Translations under genes and position numbers: made by a program
NCBI GenBank assembly: GCA_964057225.1
Contig: CAXKVF010000072.1
Location: 1 to 64,000, forward strand
Length of the DNA: 64,000 nt
Direction: 5' to 3'
DNA from: Auanema rhodensis
Taxonomy: Eukaryota > Animalia > Nematoda
Notes under the pieces: model-generated
Databases searched by the model: none
Told to the model about the DNA's origin: nothing
Seen by the model: the letters and a program-made list of their open reading frames with translations, nothing else
Shown: positions 56,319 through 64,000 of the stretch, piece by piece
Numbering within the stretch: position 1 is the stretch's first letter
How the letters are laid out: each line of letters begins with the position of its first letter

Positions 56319-59300
56319 AATATGGACATGGGGAATCTAATTTTGAAAACCGCATCTCTTTATCTTTCACGTGAAGCGAGTTACATATCAAGTGCACATC
56401 ACGTGTACATTTAATTAGCATAAATTAAAGTTCACGTAAATTTCAAAGTCATGGTTACCATTAACCAATATCAATAAAAATTTGTTTTTAGACTAATATG
56501 GACATGGGGAATCTAATTGTGAAAACCGCATCTCTTTATCTTTCACGTGAAGCGAGTTACATACCAAGTGCACATCACGTGTACATTTAATTAGCATAAA
56601 TTAAAGTTCACGTAAATTTCAAAGTCATGGTTACCATGCACCAATATCAATAAAAATTTGTTTTTAGACTAATATGGACATGGGGAATCTAATTTTGAAA
56701 ACCGCATCTCTTTATCTTCCACGTGAAGCGAGTTACATACCAAGTGCACATCACGTGTACATTTAATTAGCATAAATTAAAGTTCACGTAAATTTCAAAG
56801 TCATGGTTACCATGAACCAATATCAATAAAAATTTGTTTTTAGACTAATATGGACATGGGGAATCTAATTTTGAAAACCGCATCTCTTTATCTTCCACGT
56901 GAAGCGAGTTACATACCAAGTGCACATCACGTGTACATTTAATTAGCATAAATTAAAGTTCACGTAAATTTCAAAGTCATGGTTACCATGAACCAATATC
57001 AATAAAAATTTGTTTTTAGACTAATATGGACATGGGGAATCAAAGTTTGAAAACCGCATCTCTTTATCTTTCACGTGAAGCGAGTTACATACCAAGTGCA
57101 CATCACGTGTACATTTAATTAGCATAAATTAAAGTTCACGTAAATTTCAAAGTCATGGTTACCATGAACCAATATCAATAAAAATTTGTTTTTAGACTAA
57201 TATGGACATGGGGAATCTAATTTTGAAAACCGCATCACTTTATCTTTCACGTGAAGCGAGTTACATACCAAGTGCACATCACGTGTACATTTAATTAGCA
57301 TAAATTAAAGTTCACGTAAATTTCAAAGTCATGGTTACCATGCACCAATATCAATAAAAATTTGTTTTTAGACTAATATGGACATGGGGAATCTAATTTT
57401 GAAAACCGCATCTCTTTATCTTTCACGTGAAGCGAGTTACATACCAAGTGCACATCACGTGTACATTTAATTAGCATAAATTAAAGTTCACGTAAATTTC
57501 AAAGTCATGGTTACCATGCACCAATATCAATAAAAATCTGTTTTTAGACTAATATGGACATGGGGAATCTAATTTTGAAAACCGCATCTCTTTATCTTTC
57601 ACGTGAAGCGAGTTACATACCAAGTGCACATCACGTGTACATTTAATTAGCATAAATTAAAGTTCACGTAAATTTCAAAGTCATGGTTACCATGCACCAA
57701 TATCATAAAAATTTGTTTTTAGACTAATATGGACATGGGGAATCTAATTTTGAAAACCGCATCTCTTTATCTTTCACGTGAAGCGAGTTACATATCAAGT
57801 GCACATCACGTGTACATTTAATTAGCATAAATTAAAGTTCACGTAAATTTCAAAGTCATGGTTACCATTAACCAATATCAATAAAAATTTGTTTTTAGAC
57901 TAATATGGACATGGGGAATCTAATTTTGAAAACCGCATCTCTTTATCTTTCACGTGAAGCGAGTTACATATCAAGTGCACATCACGTGTACATTTAATTA
58001 GCATAAATTAAAGTTCACGTAAATTTCAAAGTCATGGTTACCATTAACCAATATCAATAAAAATTTGTTTTTAGACTAATATGGACATGGGGAATCTAAT
58101 TTTGAAAACCGCATCTCTTTATCTTTCAAGTGAAGCGAGTTACATACCAAGTGCACATCACGTGTACATTTAATTAGCATAAATTAAAGTTCACGTAAAT
58201 TTCAAAGTCATGGTTACCATGCACCAATATCAATAAAAATTTGTTTTTAGACTAATATGGACATGAGGAATCTAATTTTGAAAACCGCATCTCTTTATCT
58301 TTCACGTGAAGCGAGTTACATACCAAGTGCACATCACGTGTACATTTAATTAGCATAAATTAAAGTTCACGTAAATTTCAAAGTCATGGTTACCATGCAC
58401 CAATATCAATAAAAATTTGTTTTTAGACTAATATGGACATGGGGAATCTAATTTTGAAAACCGCATCTCTTTATATTTCACGTGAAGCGAGTTACATACC
58501 AAGTGCACATCACGTGTACATTTAATTAGCATAAATTAAAGTTCACGTAAATTTCAAAGTCATGGTTACCATGAACCAATATCAATAAAAATTTGTTTTT
58601 AGACTAATATGGACATGGGGAATCTAATTTTGAAAACCGCATCTCTTTATCTTTCACGTGAAGCGAGTTACATACCAAGTGCACATCACGTGTACATTTA
58701 ATTAGCATAAATTAAAGTTCACGTAAATTTCAAAGTCATGGTTACCATGCACCAATATCAATAAAAATTTGTTTTTAGACTAATATGGACATGGGGAATC
58801 TAATTTTGAAAACCGCATCTCTTTATCTTCCACGTGAAGCGAGTTACATACCAAGTGCACATCACGTGTACATTTAATTAGCATAAATTAAAGTTCACGT
58901 AAATTTCAAAGTCATGGTTACCATGAACCAATATCAATAAAAATTTGTTTTTAGACTAATATGTACATGGGGAATCTAATTTTGAAAACCGCATCTCTTT
59001 ATCTTTCACGTGAAGCGAGTTACATACCAAGTGCACATCACGTGTACATTTAATTAGCATAAATTAAAGTTCACGTAAATTTCAAAGTCATGGTTACCAT
59101 GCACCAATATCAATAAAAATTTGTTTTTAGACTAATATGGACATGGGGAATCTAATTTTGAAAACCGCATCTCTTTATCTTTCACGTGAAGCGAGTTACA
59201 TATCAAGTGCACATCACGTGTACATTTAATTAGCATAAATTAAAGTTCACGTAAATTTCAAAGTCATGGTTACCATTAACCAATATCAATAAAAATTTGT

Positions 59301-59661
59301 TTTTAGACTAATATGGACATGGGGAATCTAATTTTGAAAACCGCATCTCTTTATCTTTCAAGTGAAGCGAGTTACATACCAAGTGCACATCACGTGTACA
59401 TTTAATTAGCATAAATTAAAGTTCACGTAAATTTCAAAGTCATGGTTACCATGCACCAATATCAATAAAAATTTGTTTTTAGACTAATATGGACATGGGG
59501 AATCTAATTTTGAAAACCGCATTTCTTTATCTTTCACGTGAAGCGAGTTACATACCAAGTGCACATCACGTGTACATTTAATTAGCATAAATTAAAGTTC
59601 ACGTAAATTTCAAAGTCATGGTTACCATGCACCAATATCAATAAAAATTTGTTTTTAGACT

Positions 59662-62600
59662 AATATGGACATGAGGAATCTAATTTTGAAAACCGCATCT
59701 CTTTATCTTTCACGTGAAGCGAGTTACATACCAAGTGCACATCACGTGTACATTTAATTAGCATAAATTAAAGTTCACGTAAGTTTCAAAGTCATGGTTA
59801 CCATGCACCAATATCAATAAAAATTTGTTTTTAGACTAATATGGACATGGGGAATCTAATTTTGAAAACCGCATCTCTTTATCTTTCACGTGAAGCGAGT
59901 TACATACCAAGTGCACATCACGTGTACATTTAATTAGCATAAATTAAAGTTCACGTAAATTTCAAAGTCATGGTTACCATGAACCAATATCAATAAAAAT
60001 TTGTTTTTAGACTAATATGGACATGGGGAATCTAATTTTGAAAACCGCATCTCTTTATCTTTCACGTGAAGCGAGTTACATACCAAGTGCACATCACGTG
60101 TACATTTAATTAGCATAAATTAAAGTTCACGTAAATTTCAAAGTCATGGTTACCATGCACCAATATCAATAAAAATTTGTTTTTAGACTAATATGGACAT
60201 GGGGAATCTAATTTTGAAAACCGCATCTCTTTATCTTCCACGTGAAGCGAGTTACATACCAAGTGCACATCACGTGTACATTTAATTAGCATAAATTAAA
60301 GTTCACGTAAATTTCAAAGTCATGGTTACCATGAACCAATATCAATAAAAATTTGTTTTTAGACTAATATGGACATGGGGAATCTAATTTTGAAAACCGC
60401 ATCTCTTTATCTTCCACGTGAAGCGAGTTACATACCAAGTGCACATCACGTGTACATTTAATTAGCATAAATTAAAGTTCACGTAAATTTCAAAGTCATG
60501 GTTACCATGAACCAATATCAATAAAAATTTGTTTTTAGACTAATATGGACATGGGGAATCAAATTTTGAAAACCGCATCTCTTTATCTTTCAAGTGAAGC
60601 GAGTTACATACCAAGTGCACATCACGTGTACATTTAATTAGCATAAATTAAAGTTCACGTCAATTTCAAAGTCATGGTTACCATGCACCAATATCAATAA
60701 AAATTTGTTTTTAGACTAATATGGACATGGGGAATCTAATTTTGAAAACCGCATCTCTTTATCTTTCACGTGAAGCGAGTTACATACCAAGTGCACATCA
60801 CGTGTACATTTAATTAGCATAAATTAAAGTTCACGTAAATTTCAAAGTCTTGGTTACCATGCACCAATATCAATAAAAATTTGTTTTTAGACTAATATAG
60901 ACATGGGGAATCTAATTTTGAAAACCGCATCTCTTTATCTTTCACGTGAAGCGAGTTACATATCAAGTGCACATCACGTGTACATTTAATTAGCATAAAT
61001 TAAAGTTCACGTCAATTTCAAAGTCATGGTTACCATGCACCAATATCAATAAAAATTTGTTTTTAGACTAATATGGACATGGGGAATCTAATTTTGAAAA
61101 CCGCATCTCTTTATCTTTCACGTGAAGCGAGTTACATACCAAGTGCACATCACGTGTACATTTAATTAGCATAAATTAAAGTTCACGTAAATTTCAAAGT
61201 CATGGTTACCATGCACCAATATCAATAAAAATTTGTTTTTAGACTAATATGGACATGAGGAATCTAATTTTGAAAACCGCATCTCTTTATCTTTCACGTG
61301 AAGCGAGTTACATACCAAGTGCACATCACGTGTACATTTAATTAGCATAAATTAAAGTTCACGTAAATTTCAAAGTCATGGTTACCATGCACCAATATCA
61401 ATAAAAATTTGTTTTTAGACTAATATGGACATGGGGAATCTAATTTTGAAAACCGCATTTCTTTATCTTTCACGTGAAGCGAGTTACATACCAAGTGCAC
61501 ATCACGTGTACATTTAATTAGCATAAATTAAAGTTCACGTAAATTTCAAAGTCATGGTTACCATGAACCAATATCAATAAAAATTTGTTTTTAGACTAAT
61601 ATGGACATGGGGAATCTAATTTTGAAAACCGCATCTCTTTATCTTTCACGTGAAGCGAGTTACATACCAAGTGCACATCACGTGTACATTTAATTAGCAT
61701 AAATTAAAGTTCACGTAAATTTCAAAGTCATGGTTACCATGCACCAATATCAATAAAAATTTGTTTTTAGACTAATATGGACATGAGGAATCTAATTTTG
61801 AAAACCGCATCTCTTTATCTTTCACGTGAAGCGAGTTACATACCAAGTGCACATCACGTGTACATTTAATTAGCATAAATTAAAGTTCACGTAAGTTTCA
61901 AAGTCATGGTTACCATGCACCAATATCAATAAAAATTTGTTTTTAGACTAATATGGACATGGGGAATCTAATTTTGAAAACCGCATCTCTTTATCTTTCA
62001 CGTGAAGCGAGTTACATACCAAGTGCACATCACGTGTACATTTAATTAGCATAAATTAAAGTTCACGTAAATTTCAAAGTCATGGTTACCATGAACCAAT
62101 ATCAATAAAAATTTGTTTTTAGACTAATATGGACATGGGGAATCTAATTTTGAAAACCGCATCTCTTTATCTTTCACGTGAAGCGAGTTACATACCAAGT
62201 GCACATCACGTGTACATTTAATTAGCATAAATTAAAGTTCACGTAAATTTCAAAGTCATGGTTACCATGCACCAATATCAATAAAAATTTGTTTTTAGAC
62301 TAATATGGACATGGGGAATCTAATTTTGAAAACCGCATCTCTTTATCTTCCACGTGAAGCGAGTTACATACCAAGTGCACATCACGTGTACATTTAATTA
62401 GCATAAATTAAAGTTCACGTAAATTTCAAAGTCATGGTTACCATGAACCAATATCAATAAAAATTTGTTTTTAGACTAATATGGACATGGGGAATCTAAT
62501 TTTGAAAACCGCATCTCTTTATCTTCCACGTGAAGCGAGTTACATACCAAGTGCACATCACGTGTACATTTAATTAGCATAAATTAAAGTTCACGTAAAT

Positions 62601-63885
62601 TTCAAAGTCATGGTTACCATGAACCAATATCAATAAAAATTTGTTTTTAGACTAATATGGACATGGGGAATCAAATTTTGAAAACCGCATCTCTTTATCT
62701 TTCAAGTGAAGCGAGTTACATACCAAGTGCACATCACGTGTACATTTAATTAGCATAAATTAAAGTTCACGTCAATTTCAAAGTCATGGTTACCATGCAC
62801 CAATATCAATAAAAATTTGTTTTTAGACTAATATGGACATGGGGAATCTAATTTTGAAAACCGCATCTCTTTATCTTTCACGTGAAGCGAGTTACATACC
62901 AAGTGCACATCACGTGTACATTTAATTAGCATAAATTAAAGTTCACGTAAATTTCAAAGTCTTGGTTACCATGCACCAATATCAATAAAAATTTGTTTTT
63001 AGACTAATATAGACATGGGGAATCTAATTTTGAAAACCGCATCTCTTTATCTTTCACGTGAAGCGAGTTACATATCAAGTGCACATCACGTGTACATTTA
63101 ATTAGCATAAATTAAAGTTCACGTCAATTTCAAAGTCATGGTTACCATGCACCAATATCAATAAAAATTTGTTTTTAGACTAATATGGACATGGGGAATC
63201 TAATTTTGAAAACCGCATCTCTTTATCTTTCACGTGAAGCGAGTTACATACCAAGTGCACATCACGTGTACATTTAATTAGCATAAATTAAAGTTCACGT
63301 AAATTTCAAAGTCATGGTTACCATGCACCAATATCAATAAAAATTTGTTTTTAGACTAATATGGACATGAGGAATCTAATTTTGAAAACCGCATCTCTTT
63401 ATCTTTCACGTGAAGCGAGTTACATACCAAGTGCACATCACGTGTACATTTAATTAGCATAAATTAAAGTTCACGTAAATTTCAAAGTCATGGTTACCAT
63501 GCACCAATATCAATAAAAATTTGTTTTTAGACTAATATGGACATGGGGAATCTAATTTTGAAAACCGCATCTCTTTATATTTCACGTGAAGCGAGTTACA
63601 TACCAAGTGCACATCACGTGTACATTTAATTAGCATAAATTAAAGTTCACGTAAATTTCAAAGTCATGGTTACCATGAACCAATATCAATAAAAATTTGT
63701 TTTTAGACTAATATGGACATGGGGAATCTAATTTTGAAAACCGCATCTCTTTATCTTTCACGTGAAGCGAGTTACATACCAAGTGCACATCACGTGTACA
63801 TTTAATTAGCATAAATTAAAGTTCACGTAAATTTCAAAGTCATGGTTACCATGCACCAATATCAATAAAAATTTGTTTTTAGACT
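59662..63885 (+). repeat. 12-monomer (2112-bp) tandem duplication
   Basis: GTAAGTTTC at 59783/61895, CAAATTTT+TCAAGTG+GTCAATT monomer at 60542/62654, GTCTTGG at 60850/62962, ATAGAC at 60899/63011. 11 of 12 monomers look identical (61422 and 63534 differ). Confidence 0.92.
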
Positions 63886-64000
63886 AATATGGACATGGGA
63901 AATCTAATTTTGAAAACCGCATCTCTTTATCTTCCACGTGAAGCGAGTTACATACCAAGTGCACATCACGTGTACATTTAATTAGCATAAATTAAAGTTC

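Larger units (their letters stand above)
1..64000 (+). repeat. 176-bp tandem satellite DNA array, about 363-364 head-to-tail monomers; putative centromeric or pericentromeric satellite, family unidentified
   Basis: AATATGGACATGGGG recurs every 176 bp (e.g. 531, 1411, 2291, 3171 = steps of 5x176; 5281+176k holds to 23761). Monomer has 57/176 G+C. No non-satellite sequence and no orientation switch seen. The array runs off both window ends. The centromeric role is inference only. Confidence 0.99.
23936..64000 (+). repeat. Satellite variant domain R (right), interrupted by a duplicated copy of L-type monomers at about 29.9-31.85 kb
   Basis: Characteristic alleles: GAATCAAAGTTTG (T20A+T23G), CTTCCACG (T49C), TTATATTT (C46A), CATGAGG (G13A), CATATCAAG (C70T), CATTAACC (G144T), TCAAGTG (C52A). 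CATGAAGC was not seen after about 31651. Confidence 0.8.

Noticed and set aside
1-64000. CRISPR array or other repeat-spacer system
   Set aside because: There are no unique spacers: the entire 176-bp unit is repeated and the variable site is only 1-3 substitutions. No cas genes or leader are present.
1-64000. Tandem RNA-gene cluster (5S rRNA, tRNA, snRNA, spliced leader)
   Set aside because: I see no recognisable 5S, tRNA cloverleaf or A/B-box, or snRNA sequence in the monomer on either strand. An Infernal/Rfam scan would be the definitive test.
1-64000. Transposon insertion, inversion or telomeric repeat within the array
   Set aside because: The 176-bp register is maintained throughout apart from seven 1-bp indels, leaving no room for inserted sequence. 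No reverse-orientation monomers were seen.
1-64000. A single fixed-period higher-order repeat, or information encoded in the C/A145 series
   Set aside because: Observed offsets vary (3, 5, 6, 7, 8, 10, 11, 12, 14, 25, 45 monomers). The allele order is adequately explained by nested duplications and conversion.

Overview
The whole 64-kb window is one uninterrupted head-to-tail array of a 176-bp, AT-rich (about 32% GC) satellite monomer: about 363-364 copies, all in the same orientation. Consensus: AATATGGACATGGGGAATCTAATTTTGAAAACCGCATCTCTTTATCTTTCACGTGAAGCGAGTTACATACCAAGTGCACATCACGTGTACATTTAATTAGCATAAATTAAAGTTCACGTAAATTTCAAAGTCATGGTTACCATG[C/A]ACCAATATCAATAAAAATTTGTTTTTAGACT. Most copies differ from it at 0-3 positions. 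Nucleosome-scale length and high homogeneity suggest a eukaryotic centromeric or pericentromeric satellite, but I cannot name the family or species. I see no genes, RNA genes, transposons, CRISPR spacers or inversions, and the single 60-aa ORF is a chance stop-codon loss. The real information lies in the variant pattern. There are two variant domains that switch at about 22-24 kb, a roughly 7.9-kb (45-monomer) tandem duplication that copies that boundary, and many nested local duplications (3- to 25-mers) with no single fixed higher-order period. The monomer is rich in dyad symmetries and carries three TCACGT motifs spaced 32-33 bp apart. All variant calls were made by eye and should be confirmed computationally. 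I found no evidence of a new coding system.
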